This document shows positions 9,108 through 19,014 of a stretch of 64,000 nt of DNA, piece after piece. The notes under the pieces were generated by a model, which saw only the letters and a list, made by a program, of their open reading frames with translations, had not been told where the DNA came from and made no database searches. The position numbers were made by a program, and so were the translations under genes. Each line of letters begins with the position of its first letter. Position 1 is the first letter of the stretch. Source of the stretch: an uncultured Methanomassiliicoccales archaeon (GTDB lineage: Archaea > Thermoplasmatota > Thermoplasmata > Methanomassiliicoccales > UBA472); the NCBI GenBank assembly GCA_963695345.1, contig OY968769.1:960001-1024000 (forward strand). Reading direction: 5' to 3'.

Positions 9108-10352
9108 ATGGAATATTCCGAGAAATATCTGCACCTGGGCGAAAAGCTCGACCCGGAATCGCACGTGTTCTGCACTTACAAGGTCAAGACCGACATGCCG
9201 ATGAGGGAGGCCGCGGCGGCCATCGCCACCGAGCAGTCCACCGGGACCTGGACCGAAATCAGCACGCTGAAGGAGGAGAACTTCGTCCGCCGCAGCGGAA
9301 AGGTGGTCGATATCCAGGGCAATTACTGCGTGATCGCCTTTCCGACCGAGGATTTCAGCATCGATATCGGCGGCGTTCCCCAGATCCTGAGCGTGGTGGC
9401 GGGGAACCTGTTCGGACTGGACGTTCTGTCGGGCGTCCGTCTCGAGGACGTGGTCTATCCGAACGAGATACTGGAGCAGTTCAAGGGCCCCAAGTTCGGG
9501 ATCGACGGATTGAGAAAGATCCTGAAACGGCCGGAGAAGCCGCTGGTGGGCACCATCGTGAAACCTAAGATCGGGCTTTCGCCCCGGGAGACCGCCGAGT
9601 ACGTGTACGAGGCGGGCATGGGCGGACTTACCAACGGCAAGGACGATGAGACGCTGGTCAACCAAAAGTTCTGCCCGCTGGACGACCGGGTGGTGGCGAT
9701 CGCGGAGGCTCTGGACCGGGTCAAGAAGGAATCCGGGCACGTCATGATCCACGCCATCAACGTCTCCACCCGGGGCGACAAGATACTGGAAGTGGCCCAG
9801 CGTGCCCAGGACCTGGGCGCTTCGCAGATCATGGTGGACGTGATAACCTGCGGCTTCGCCGCCGTACAGGTCCTGGCGGAGGACCCATCGATAAAGCTCC
9901 CCATCCACGTGCACCGGACGATGCACGCCGCCATCACCAGGAACAAGGACCACGGCATCTCCATGAAGGTGTTCGCGGAACTGTCCCGCATGTGCGGGGC
10001 GGACGCTTTGCACATCGGGACCTACGGTGTCGGCAAGATGACCGGGGACCCGAAGGCGGACCTGGAATACCAGCACGTATGCGTCGGACCGGACATGCCC
10101 TACAAGAGAACCATGCCGGTGGCCTCCGGAGGGGTCCAGCCGGCCATGGTCCCGAAGATCATTGCCATCGCCGGGAACGACGTGCAGATCCAGGCCGGAG
10201 GCGGTGTTTCCGGCCATCCACATGGCGTACGGGGAGGGGCCAAGGCCATGGCCCAGGCGGTGGAGGCGGGATATCTCGGCCTCACCGCCGAACAGTATGC
10301 CAAGGACCACCTGGAGCTGCGCCAGGCACTTGAGAAATGGGGATCGGCATGA
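9108..10352 (+). CDS. rbcL: RuBisCO large subunit, form III-type (AMP salvage)
   Basis: EQSTGTW, GNLFG, KPKIG, KDDE, HVHRTMH, HIGT..GKM, SGG, GGG..GHP; AMP-pathway gene context. Confidence 0.9.
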   Translation: MEYSEKYLHLGEKLDPESHVFCTYKVKTDMPMREAAAAIATEQSTGTWTEISTLKEENFVRRSGKVVDIQGNYCVIAFPTEDFSIDIGGVPQILSVVAGNLFGLDVLSGVRLEDVVYPNEILEQFKGPKFGIDGLRKILKRPEKPLVGTIVKPKIGLSPRETAEYVYEAGMGGLTNGKDDETLVNQKFCPLDDRVVAIAEALDRVKKESGHVMIHAINVSTRGDKILEVAQRAQDLGASQIMVDVITCGFAAVQVLAEDPSIKLPIHVHRTMHAAITRNKDHGISMKVFAELSRMCGADALHIGTYGVGKMTGDPKADLEYQHVCVGPDMPYKRTMPVASGGVQPAMVPKIIAIAGNDVQIQAGGGVSGHPHGVRGGAKAMAQAVEAGYLGLTAEQYAKDHLELRQALEKWGSA

Positions 10353-11869
10353 AGCTCAGGGCGAGGTTCGTGGACGTGGAGACGGGAGAGACCACCGCCC
10401 TCCTGCACATCGATGACGCGCAGGACATGGCGCTGCGCGAGCAGGACCGGGTCAGGATCGTTCACGAAGGGAAGGCCGTCACCGCCATCATCAACACCTC
10501 GGACACGGTCATCGACAAAGGTGAGGTCGGCCTGCTCGGCCGGGCCTTCAAGACCATCGGTCCGGAGCCGGGGGAGCCGATCGACGTCAACCCGGCCACC
10601 CGCCCCGAGTCGGTCGAGTATATCCGGAAGAAAATGGACGGAGGGGAACTGAGCACCGACGAGATCAACATCGTCGTCAAGGACATCGCCACCCGGACGC
10701 TTTCCAACATCGAGCTCTCAGCCTACGTCACCTCGCTGCACATCAACGGAATGAACATCCGGGAGACCGCCGACCTCACCAAGGCCATGGTCAACACGGG
10801 AGAGACCATAACGTTCGACAAAGGCCCGATATTCGACTTCCATTCCATCGGAGGCTGCCCCGGGAACAAGGTCACCCTGCTCATCGTCCCGATCGTGGCG
10901 GCAGGCGGCCTGCTCATCCCGAAGACCTCTTCCAGGGCGATCAGCTCCGCCGCCGGAACGTCCGACATAGTGGAGGTGTTCGCCAACGTGGACTTCGACT
11001 CCGCGAGCCTGAAGCGCATCACGCAGGAGGTGGGAGGCATCATGGCGTGGGGAGGATCGTTGAACCTGGCCCCGGCGGACGACGTGATCATCAAGGCCGA
11101 GTATCCCCTCGGCATCGACCCGCACGCGCAGCTGCTGGCATCGGTCATGTCCAAGAAGAAGGCGGTCGGCGCCGACTACCTGCTCATGGACATCCCGATG
11201 GGAGAAGGGACGAAGGTCAGGACCATGGACGAGGCGAAGGCCTACGCCCGCGACTTCATAGACCTGGGCGAGAAGCTGGGCATGAAGGTGGAATGCGCCA
11301 TCACCTACGGCGGCCAGCCGGTGGGGAGGGCGATCGGCCCGGCCCTGGAGGCGAGGGAGGCGATCTCCGTGCTGGAAGGGGCTAAGTCACCCACTAGCGT
11401 CATCGAGAAGACGATATCGCTGGCGGGGATGATATTTGACATGGGAGGGGCGTACAATGGAGAAGAGAAGGCCAGGGATATCCTGTCCTCGGGGAAGGCG
11501 CTCAGGAAGTTCCAGGAGATGGTGGGCGCCCAGGGAGGTGACCCGGACATCAAGTCGACGGACATCAAGGTCGGGGAGCACAGCGTCGACGTCCTTTCCA
11601 AGAAGTCCGGGTATGTCTCGAGGATCAAGAACAAGGAGCTGGTCCGCGTGGCCAGGGCGGCCGGGTCGCCGCGGGACAAGGGAGCCGGTGTGGTCCTCAG
11701 CAAGAAGGTGGGCAGCAAGGTCGACCAGGGCGAGACGTTACTGACAATCTACGCGGACAACGAACAGAAGATGCAGGACGCCTTGGCTGTCTCCATGAAG
11801 CTCGATCCGGTCATCATTGAGGGCATGGTCCTGGCGAGGATCCCTTCATTCATCCGGACGGTCGGCTGA
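10349..11869 (+). CDS. AMP phosphorylase
   Basis: N-terminal beta-barrel extension, HSIGGCPGNK, IPKTSSRAISSAAGT, SVMSKK, GSPRDKGAG. ATGA overlap with the rbcL stop. Confidence 0.93.
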   Translation: MKLRARFVDVETGETTALLHIDDAQDMALREQDRVRIVHEGKAVTAIINTSDTVIDKGEVGLLGRAFKTIGPEPGEPIDVNPATRPESVEYIRKKMDGGELSTDEINIVVKDIATRTLSNIELSAYVTSLHINGMNIRETADLTKAMVNTGETITFDKGPIFDFHSIGGCPGNKVTLLIVPIVAAGGLLIPKTSSRAISSAAGTSDIVEVFANVDFDSASLKRITQEVGGIMAWGGSLNLAPADDVIIKAEYPLGIDPHAQLLASVMSKKKAVGADYLLMDIPMGEGTKVRTMDEAKAYARDFIDLGEKLGMKVECAITYGGQPVGRAIGPALEAREAISVLEGAKSPTSVIEKTISLAGMIFDMGGAYNGEEKARDILSSGKALRKFQEMVGAQGGDPDIKSTDIKVGEHSVDVLSKKSGYVSRIKNKELVRVARAAGSPRDKGAGVVLSKKVGSKVDQGETLLTIYADNEQKMQDALAVSMKLDPVIIEGMVLARIPSFIRTVG

Positions 11870-11910
11870 TCGCAAACCCCTTCTCTGCGCCCCCGCCCGG
11901 CGGAGGCCAA

Positions 11911-12642
11911 TCATTTCTGATATTCCTCGACCGCCTCGGTCAGGCTTATCTTTCCCCGGGCAACCTGGGAGGCCAGCTCGGTGGATATGGTCACCCGCCC
12001 GCGGGATTCGATGCGGCTCAGGCGTTTGATGTCGCGCACCTCCCCGGGGGTGGGGCAGACTTCCGGCTGGAAGAGGACCTTCTCGCCGGAGGTGAAGGCG
12101 ATCATGATGGCGGCGTCGATATCCGGAGTCTCCGTCCTCTTCGTGGTCTTGGTTTCGTCCACTATCTCGACCTCGTCGGCCAGGTCCCATACGGCATGGA
12201 TGATGCGGTTCCGATTGGTCGGGTCGCCATGACCTATGCGGATCAGGATGTGCTCGAAGTCCAGGTTCCAGGTCATCCGGATGAGCGTTTCCATGACATC
12301 CTCGGGGCTGTAGACCTTTTCCGTGTCGATGATCCTGCCGTCCCCGATCACCACGATCCCCGGCGTCCTTCCCGGGTCGATCCCGACCACGATCCGGGAG
12401 AATCTTTTCCCCCGGAGAACCGAGCGGGCCGCCTTGAAGGCGAAGTCCGGGTCGTCGTCTGAGACGACGGTCGGAAAACGAACCCGGTCCCGTTCCGCGT
12501 TGGTCGTGATGATCGCCCCCACGCTCTCCGGTATCGGGTCGTCTAGACCAAGCGAGACGAACGGTTCCCCCCTCTCCTTCAGAAGCCGGACCATCCGGTG
12601 GAAGAATCGAAAATCCTCCGTGACCAGGCCTATTACCTTCAT
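11911..12642 (-). CDS. Conserved archaeal hypothetical protein with RNase H-like motif
   Basis: IVVGIDPG.TPGIVV, IGHG, VDET.TT, DIDAAI resemble the RNase H/YqgF fold. Confidence 0.65.
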   Translation of the reverse strand: MKVIGLVTEDFRFFHRMVRLLKERGEPFVSLGLDDPIPESVGAIITTNAERDRVRFPTVVSDDDPDFAFKAARSVLRGKRFSRIVVGIDPGRTPGIVVIGDGRIIDTEKVYSPEDVMETLIRMTWNLDFEHILIRIGHGDPTNRNRIIHAVWDLADEVEIVDETKTTKRTETPDIDAAIMIAFTSGEKVLFQPEVCPTPGEVRDIKRLSRIESRGRVTISTELASQVARGKISLTEAVEEYQK

Positions 12643-12672
12643 CTCTGTTCTTGAAACGGTCGATGCACGGAT

Positions 12673-13911
12673 TTAATTCTTGTCCTGGACCCTTCGCGTG
12701 TCCGCTCCGTTGATGCCGGAGGTCAACATCCTGGTCAGGGCCATGAAACCAATGGCCGACATGACCCCGATGACCCCCACCGCCATCCAGAACAACACCT
12801 GGTCCTGTATCGCGTCCACCATCACCCCGCCGACGAAAGGGGCTGAGGACCAGCCGAAGCTGGCGAAAAGCCCGAAGATCCCCATGTATCTTCCCCGGGT
12901 CGCCTCCGCCGACATGCTGGCCACAAGATTCATCGACGCAGGTGAGACGATCATCTCAGCAACCGTCACGATCGAAATCGCGAGGGTCAGCATCCAGAAG
13001 TCATGGGTCAGCCCAATGAACATGAAACCGACGGTGTACACGATGGCTCCGGCGGCCATCACGTGCGATGTCTTGAAATTCCCGATGTAGCGGGCCATGG
13101 GGAATTGGGCGACCACCACCAGGACGGCAGTGATGCCGAAGATGATACCGATATTGAGCTCGTTCTGGCCGGCCGAATCCTTGGCGTACACCGGGAAGGT
13201 GGATGTCATCTGGCCAGCCATAATGAACACCAGCAGGCACATGACGCAGAAGAAGATGAAGGAGCTGTTGCGGAAGATCGCGGAAGATCCCTTCCAGCCG
13301 GATGTGCTCTCAGCACCCATTGTCGGCCTGGACTCACTGATCCACAACTGGATTATAATCCCGGCTATGAAGCATAGGATCGCACTGCAATAGAAGATCA
13401 GGGAGTAGGAAATGGTCGCCAGCACCCCCCCGACCATCGGACCGATGATCCAGCCAAGGTTCATGCCCACACGCAGCAGTCCATAGACCTCCAGGCGCCT
13501 GCTCGGTTCCACGATGTCGGCCACCATGGCATTGTTGGCCGGTTCGAAGGTCGAACCGAGGAAGAAGTTGACCGCCACCAGTATCGTTAGCATGAACAGG
13601 TCCACGGCACCGGCAATATAGACGCCGATCACCACGAAGACCAGACCCCTGACGATGATCGATACCGCCATTATCCTCTTCCTACCGTAGGCATCGGCGA
13701 TCTCTCCTCCGATCAGGTTGCCGACCGCACCGGCACCGGCGGCGACCAGCAGTATCAGACCGACCAACGACATGGAGATGTTGAGCTGGGAATGCAGGTA
13801 GATCGCCAAGAACGGGTACATGAAGGAGAACCCGGCCCCGTCGATGGTCCGAGCGGTGAAAAGGGTCCAGACCCTGCGGTCGAAACCACCGAACCTCTTG
13901 CTGAATCCCAT
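12673..13911 (-). CDS. MFS transporter
   Basis: About 12 hydrophobic segments; GGEIADAYGRKR motif A; RGRYMG. Confidence 0.9.
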   Translation of the reverse strand: MGFSKRFGGFDRRVWTLFTARTIDGAGFSFMYPFLAIYLHSQLNISMSLVGLILLVAAGAGAVGNLIGGEIADAYGRKRIMAVSIIVRGLVFVVIGVYIAGAVDLFMLTILVAVNFFLGSTFEPANNAMVADIVEPSRRLEVYGLLRVGMNLGWIIGPMVGGVLATISYSLIFYCSAILCFIAGIIIQLWISESRPTMGAESTSGWKGSSAIFRNSSFIFFCVMCLLVFIMAGQMTSTFPVYAKDSAGQNELNIGIIFGITAVLVVVAQFPMARYIGNFKTSHVMAAGAIVYTVGFMFIGLTHDFWMLTLAISIVTVAEMIVSPASMNLVASMSAEATRGRYMGIFGLFASFGWSSAPFVGGVMVDAIQDQVLFWMAVGVIGVMSAIGFMALTRMLTSGINGADTRRVQDKN

Positions 13912-14021
13912 GAAATCCTCCTTTCTCACTATTCAGGTCATTGGCCATTACGATTCCGGTGGGGCAGTACCCTCCTGGGACGATGTCCGAAGGCGACGAC
14001 CCTGGAACAGAGCATACCACC

Positions 14022-15254
14022 TCAGACCGCGCCGGAACTGTTCAAGGTGTCGCTGATGTGCCTCCCCAGCAACAGATAGCCGACCATGGCGACGATCCCG
14101 AACAGCCCTATCGACATCCACAGCAGGACCGGGGAGCCTATCAGGAGGTCCATTAGCACCCCTCCTACGAAAGGACCGGCGGCGAAACCATAGGAGGAGA
14201 ACATACCATAGAAGCCCATGTAACGGCCCCGCTCGTCCTCCGGGGACATGTTGGCCACCAGGTTCATCGACGACGGCGAGACCACCATCTCGCCCATGGT
14301 GATCACCAGCATGCATAGTGACAGGAAGAGGAAGTCCGGGGCCAAACCGACCATGCCGTACCCTATGGCGTAGAACAGCGAGCCCAAGGCGATGACCGAG
14401 CACATCCGGTGGTGACTGATGACCCGGGCGATCGGCAGCTGGAGGAACACCACCATCATCCCGTTAATGGCATACAGGTAACCGACCTCGGCGAGGCTGA
14501 TATGCACCTGCTTCTCCGAATAGACGGCGAAGGTGGAGGACATCTGCCCGAACATGATGAACAGGAAAAGCGAGATAAGGCAGAAGGCGGCGAACTGCCG
14601 ATTCCGGGTGATCTTGACCAGATCCATGACCTTGTAGCGCTGATGGGACTCCCCCGGGACCCGGGACTCGCTCAGCATGACCGCCATGAAAGCGGCCACC
14701 GCGCCGGTGGCGATCCCGCCCAGGAGGAACAGGAACGAGAACGACAGGAGTGCCAGCAGACCTCCTATCATCGGGCCCAAGGCCCATCCCAGGTTGGCCC
14801 CGATGCGGAGCAGTCCATACGCGTCAAGCCTTCTGCTGGCCGGGACGATGTCCGCTACCATGGCGTTGCTGGCCGGTTCGAACATCGATCCCATGAAGGA
14901 GCTGATGGTGATCATGATGGCGATTATGAGATAGCCGGAGACGAAGGCGATGACGGCGGCTATGAGCACCATCATCACCGCACGCCCCACCAGGGCAATG
15001 CCCATTATCCGCTTCCGGCCGAACTTGTCAGCGATCTCTCCGCCGACGATGTTGCCGGTGGCGCCGATGGCGGTGGAAATCAGGAGCACAAACCCGACCT
15101 CGGTCATCGATACGCCGAGCTCGCCATTGAGGTACAGCGCCAAGAACGGCAGCGCCATGGAAAAGCCGGTCGCCTGGATTATCCTCCCGTAGAACAATAC
15201 CCAGACCCTCCGGTCGAAGCCGTCGAACGATCGGCCTATTCTTGGATGGCGCAT
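14022..15254 (-). CDS. MFS transporter (tandem paralog)
   Basis: GGEIADKFGRKR, FEPASNAMVADIV, ERGRYMG; clearly similar to the adjacent MFS. Confidence 0.9.
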   Translation of the reverse strand: MRHPRIGRSFDGFDRRVWVLFYGRIIQATGFSMALPFLALYLNGELGVSMTEVGFVLLISTAIGATGNIVGGEIADKFGRKRIMGIALVGRAVMMVLIAAVIAFVSGYLIIAIMITISSFMGSMFEPASNAMVADIVPASRRLDAYGLLRIGANLGWALGPMIGGLLALLSFSFLFLLGGIATGAVAAFMAVMLSESRVPGESHQRYKVMDLVKITRNRQFAAFCLISLFLFIMFGQMSSTFAVYSEKQVHISLAEVGYLYAINGMMVVFLQLPIARVISHHRMCSVIALGSLFYAIGYGMVGLAPDFLFLSLCMLVITMGEMVVSPSSMNLVANMSPEDERGRYMGFYGMFSSYGFAAGPFVGGVLMDLLIGSPVLLWMSIGLFGIVAMVGYLLLGRHISDTLNSSGAV

Positions 15255-15332
15255 TTCTCATCACAGCTGTTGATGCTTGAGAAAACACCGGGACGTTTAA
15301 CCCTTTCCAGTGTCAATTGCTAGCACTGGACG

Positions 15333-16469
15333 TTATTTGTGCCGCCCGAAGAAGCTCTTCTTCTGGGTGTCGAGCTCGGAGAATTTCTTCAGCAGTTCCT
15401 TCTGCTCCTGGCTCAGCTTCTTGGGTACCTTGAGGTGCACGCGCACGAATTGGTCGCCCTTCCCGCGGGAGTCGATGCGGTCCAGACCGGCACCCTTCAG
15501 CTTGAAGTCGGTACCGGGCTGGGTGCCCGGCGGAATGGTCAACTTGGCGGCTCCGAACAGCGTCGGCACCTCGATCTCGGCACCCATCGCCGCATCGGGG
15601 AACGATATGTCCTGCTCGATCAGCAGGTCCGCCCCGTCTCGTTTGAATATCTCATGCTCGGCCACGTGGATGACCAGGTAAAGGTCCCCGGGAGGTCCGC
15701 CATTGGGCGACCGCTCTCCCGCCCCGGACACCCGCAGTCTCATGCCGGTGTCGACGCCTTTGGGGATCTCGAACTCGATCTTCTGCGGTTTGCGGATATA
15801 ACCCTCGCCGTCGCACTTGGGACAGGGGTGCTCGATCAGCGTTCCCTTGCCAGCGCATTTGGGACAGGCGCCCACCGACACGAACTGGTTGTTGCCCTGG
15901 CGAACGACGCGCTGGACCTGACCTTTGCCGCCGCAGGTGGGGCAGGTATGGTTCTTTCCATCCTTGGAGCCGGTCCCATGGCACTGGTCGCACTTCATCG
16001 AGGTGGGAACGGTGATCTCCCGCTTGACCCCCTTGGCCGCGTCCTCCAGCTCGATCTCGATGTCCATCCGCAGATGCTGACCCTGGCGGGGTCCGCGCTG
16101 CTGGCCGCCTCCGCCGAAGAAAGCCTCGAATATGTTGCCGAAAGGGGAGCCGGACATGTCCCCGCCGAAGATGTCGTTCAGGTCCTGCCCGTGCGAGAAG
16201 TCCTGCCAGGAGAAGTTGCCCTCCTGGGAGAACTGGCCGGAAACGCCTGCATGGCCGTATTTGTCGTACAGCTTCCGCTTCTCAGAGTCCGCCAGAACCT
16301 CGTATGCCTCGGATATCTCCTTGAAGCGTTCCTCGGCGTGGGCCGAGTCCTCCTTGGTCACGTCTGGGTGGTACTGCTTTGCCAGCTTGCGGTAGGATGA
16401 CTTGATGTCATCGACGCTGGCGTCCTTGGCGACGCCTAGCGTCTCGTAGTAGTCTTTCTTGTCGGCCAT
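15333..16469 (-). CDS. dnaJ: Chaperone DnaJ
   Basis: J domain with HPD, G/F-rich region, four CxxCxGxG repeats. Confidence 0.97.
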   Translation of the reverse strand: MADKKDYYETLGVAKDASVDDIKSSYRKLAKQYHPDVTKEDSAHAEERFKEISEAYEVLADSEKRKLYDKYGHAGVSGQFSQEGNFSWQDFSHGQDLNDIFGGDMSGSPFGNIFEAFFGGGGQQRGPRQGQHLRMDIEIELEDAAKGVKREITVPTSMKCDQCHGTGSKDGKNHTCPTCGGKGQVQRVVRQGNNQFVSVGACPKCAGKGTLIEHPCPKCDGEGYIRKPQKIEFEIPKGVDTGMRLRVSGAGERSPNGGPPGDLYLVIHVAEHEIFKRDGADLLIEQDISFPDAAMGAEIEVPTLFGAAKLTIPPGTQPGTDFKLKGAGLDRIDSRGKGDQFVRVHLKVPKKLSQEQKELLKKFSELDTQKKSFFGRHK

Positions 16470-16484
16470 GCGGACTCATCTTGC

Positions 16485-18359
16485 CTAGGGTTTCTTCTCG
16501 TCCTCATCGACTATCTTATATTCAGCGTCTATGGTCCCGTCCTCATTTTGTTTGGCTTGACCGGACTGCTGCCCCGGCTGCTGGCCCTGTTGCCCTGCCT
16601 GCTGTTCCCGCTGCACGTTCTGGTAGACGCGGGCCGATATCGCATAGAAGACCTTGGACAAGGCCTCCATCTTCGCCTTTATGGTGGCGGTGTCGCCCTT
16701 CGGGATCTCTCCCTTCAGTTCGGCCACCGCGTTCTCCACGTTGACCCGTTCCTCGTTGGTGGCCTGAGCCCCCAGCTCCTGGAGCGCGTGCTCGGTGGTG
16801 TAGATGAGGTTGTCCGCCTGGTTGATGGTGTCGACGCGCTCACGGTTCTTCTTATCGTCAGCGGCGAACGCCTCTGCATCATGCACCATCTTCTCGATCT
16901 CATCCTTCGACAGCTTGGTCGAGGCGGTGATGGTGATGGCGGTCTTCTTCTGCGTTCCCAGGTCCTTGGCGCTGACATTGATGATGCCGTTCGCATCGAT
17001 ATCGAAGGTGACCTCGATCTGCGGAACGCCCCTGGGCGCCGGCGGTATGCCGGAAAGCATGAACTTGCCCAACGATGTGTTGTTGGCGGCCATCTCCCTC
17101 TCGCCCTGCAGGACGTGGATCTCCACGCTGTTCTGCCCGTCCGCCGCGGTGGAGAACACCTGCGACTTGCGGGTGGGGATGGTGGTGTTCCTCTCGATCA
17201 GCTTGGTGGAGACACCGCCCAGCGTCTCGATGCCCAAAGAGAGCGGGGTAACGTCCAGCAGCAGGACGTCCTTGACCTCGCCGGAAAGGACGGCGGCTTG
17301 GATGGCGGCCCCCATGGCCACGCACTCCATCGGGTCGACGCCCCTCTGGATCTTCTTGCCCACCTCTTTTTCGATGAACCTCTGCACCAGCGGCATTCTG
17401 GTCGGCCCGCCCACCAGGATGACGTTGTCGATCTGTTCGTGGGTCAGATGCGCGTCCTTGAGCGCATTCTGGACCGGAACGCGGCAGCGTTCAACGACTG
17501 GGTTGATGAGCTCTTCCAGCGTCGCCCGGGTAATGGTCTGGGACAGGTGCTTCGGCCCGGAGGCGTCCGCGGAGATGAACGGCAGGTTGATCTCGGTGGA
17601 CATCGTTGTCGAGAGCTCTATCTTTGCCTTCTCGCAAGCCTCCCGGACACGCCACATGGCCATCTTGTCCGAGTTCAGGTCCACTCCGGACTGCTTCCTG
17701 AATTCCTGGACGACGAACTTCATCAGTATCTCGTCCATGTCGGTCCCACCCAGCTGGGTGTCGCCGGACGTCGAAACCACCTCGAAAACGCCCTCCGAGA
17801 AGTCCATGATGGTGACATCGAGGGTACCGCCGCCCAGGTCGAAGACCATGATCTTCTGCGCCGTGTTCTGCTTGTCCAGACCATAGGCCAGGGCGGCCGC
17901 GGTCGGCTCGTTGATGATCCTGATGACCTCCAGGCCGGCGATGGCGCCAGCGTCCTTGGTGGCCGTCCTCTGGTTGTCGTTGAAGTAGGCCGGGACGGTG
18001 ATGACCGCCTTGGTCACGGTATCGTTGAGGTAAGCCTCTGCATCCCTCTTGATCTTCTGCAGGATGAACGCCGATATCTGCTGTGGGGTGTATTCCTTGC
18101 CGCTGATGTTTACCTTGTAGTCAGTACCCATCTTCCTCTTGATGGCGGCGATGGTCCCCTCCGGGTTGGTGACCGCCTGACGCCTGGCCGGTTCTCCGAC
18201 CAGAAGCTGGCCGTCCTTTGTGAATGCGACATATGAAGGGAATGCCTTCCCGCCGATGCTCGTCCCCTCTGCGCTCGGTATGATCGTTGGCCTTCCGCCT
18301 TCCATTACCGCGGCGGCCGAATTGCTGGTTCCTAGGTCTATCCCGATGATTTTTGCCAT
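16485..18359 (-). CDS. dnaK: Chaperone DnaK
   Basis: [36 protein letters not shown]. Confidence 0.98.
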   Translation of the reverse strand: MAKIIGIDLGTSNSAAAVMEGGRPTIIPSAEGTSIGGKAFPSYVAFTKDGQLLVGEPARRQAVTNPEGTIAAIKRKMGTDYKVNISGKEYTPQQISAFILQKIKRDAEAYLNDTVTKAVITVPAYFNDNQRTATKDAGAIAGLEVIRIINEPTAAALAYGLDKQNTAQKIMVFDLGGGTLDVTIMDFSEGVFEVVSTSGDTQLGGTDMDEILMKFVVQEFRKQSGVDLNSDKMAMWRVREACEKAKIELSTTMSTEINLPFISADASGPKHLSQTITRATLEELINPVVERCRVPVQNALKDAHLTHEQIDNVILVGGPTRMPLVQRFIEKEVGKKIQRGVDPMECVAMGAAIQAAVLSGEVKDVLLLDVTPLSLGIETLGGVSTKLIERNTTIPTRKSQVFSTAADGQNSVEIHVLQGEREMAANNTSLGKFMLSGIPPAPRGVPQIEVTFDIDANGIINVSAKDLGTQKKTAITITASTKLSKDEIEKMVHDAEAFAADDKKNRERVDTINQADNLIYTTEHALQELGAQATNEERVNVENAVAELKGEIPKGDTATIKAKMEALSKVFYAISARVYQNVQREQQAGQQGQQPGQQSGQAKQNEDGTIDAEYKIVDEDEKKP

Positions 18360-18370
18360 ATTGTTTCACC

Positions 18371-18931
18371 TCACTCTGTATTCGTCGTCTCCGGCTTCAC
18401 GCCGACCTTCACCTTCGAATGCCTCAGTACCCTGGGACCGAGGCAGTAGCCTTTCTGGTACACTTCGAGGATCTTACCTTCCTCTCCCTCGCCGATGCTC
18501 AAGGCCTCATGCACCGACGGGTCGAACTTCTCATTTGCTGGAATTTCTTTGAGTCCGTAGGACTTCAGTAGAGCCCCTAGGTTAAGATGTATCTGATTGA
18601 CGCCCTTCCGGAACTCCTCCGCCGAGGCGTTGGATGCCAAGGCCCGCTCCAGGTCGTCGTATATGATGAGCACTTCGGAGATCAGCTTGTCGTTGGATGA
18701 TCTGATTATCTCATCCCTGTCCTTGGCGGCCCGCTTGCGGTAGTTGTCAAATTCCGCGGTTATCCGCCTGGCCGCATCGAGGTACTCACGGGTCTGCCCC
18801 ATCTGTTTGTCCAAGGCGTCCCTCAGGTCCGCTGCCTGCTGCTGTAGTTGCTCGATCTGGACCTGTTCTTCGGTCATATCCCTGGACTCAACCTTCTCGT
18901 TAGTGGCCTTCCCCTCAGCGCCCTCGCTCAT
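18371..18931 (-). CDS. grpE: Nucleotide exchange factor GrpE
   Basis: AEFDNYRKR, FDPSVHEA, QKGY..G.RVLR; upstream of dnaK. Confidence 0.95.
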   Translation of the reverse strand: MSEGAEGKATNEKVESRDMTEEQVQIEQLQQQAADLRDALDKQMGQTREYLDAARRITAEFDNYRKRAAKDRDEIIRSSNDKLISEVLIIYDDLERALASNASAEEFRKGVNQIHLNLGALLKSYGLKEIPANEKFDPSVHEALSIGEGEEGKILEVYQKGYCLGPRVLRHSKVKVGVKPETTNTE

Positions 18932-18984
18932 CCCTTATCACCTTGAAACATAGATTATTAGAACGTGGTCATAAATGATTTTTG

Positions 18985-19002
18985 GCGGGGGTCGCCCCCC
19001 GC
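18985..19002 (-). terminator. GC-rich hairpin downstream of the thermosome gene
   Basis: GCGGGGG-TCGC-CCCCCGC between the thermosome stop and grpE. The T-run is on the + strand, so it may be a stabilising stem rather than a terminator. Confidence 0.45.
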
Positions 19003-19014
19003 ATTAGGGTTTGT

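Noticed and set aside
16548-18236. 562-aa ORF antisense to dnaK
   Set aside because: Well-known shadow ORF produced by codon bias in GC-rich hsp70 genes (often misannotated as NAD-GDH); it has no real motifs.
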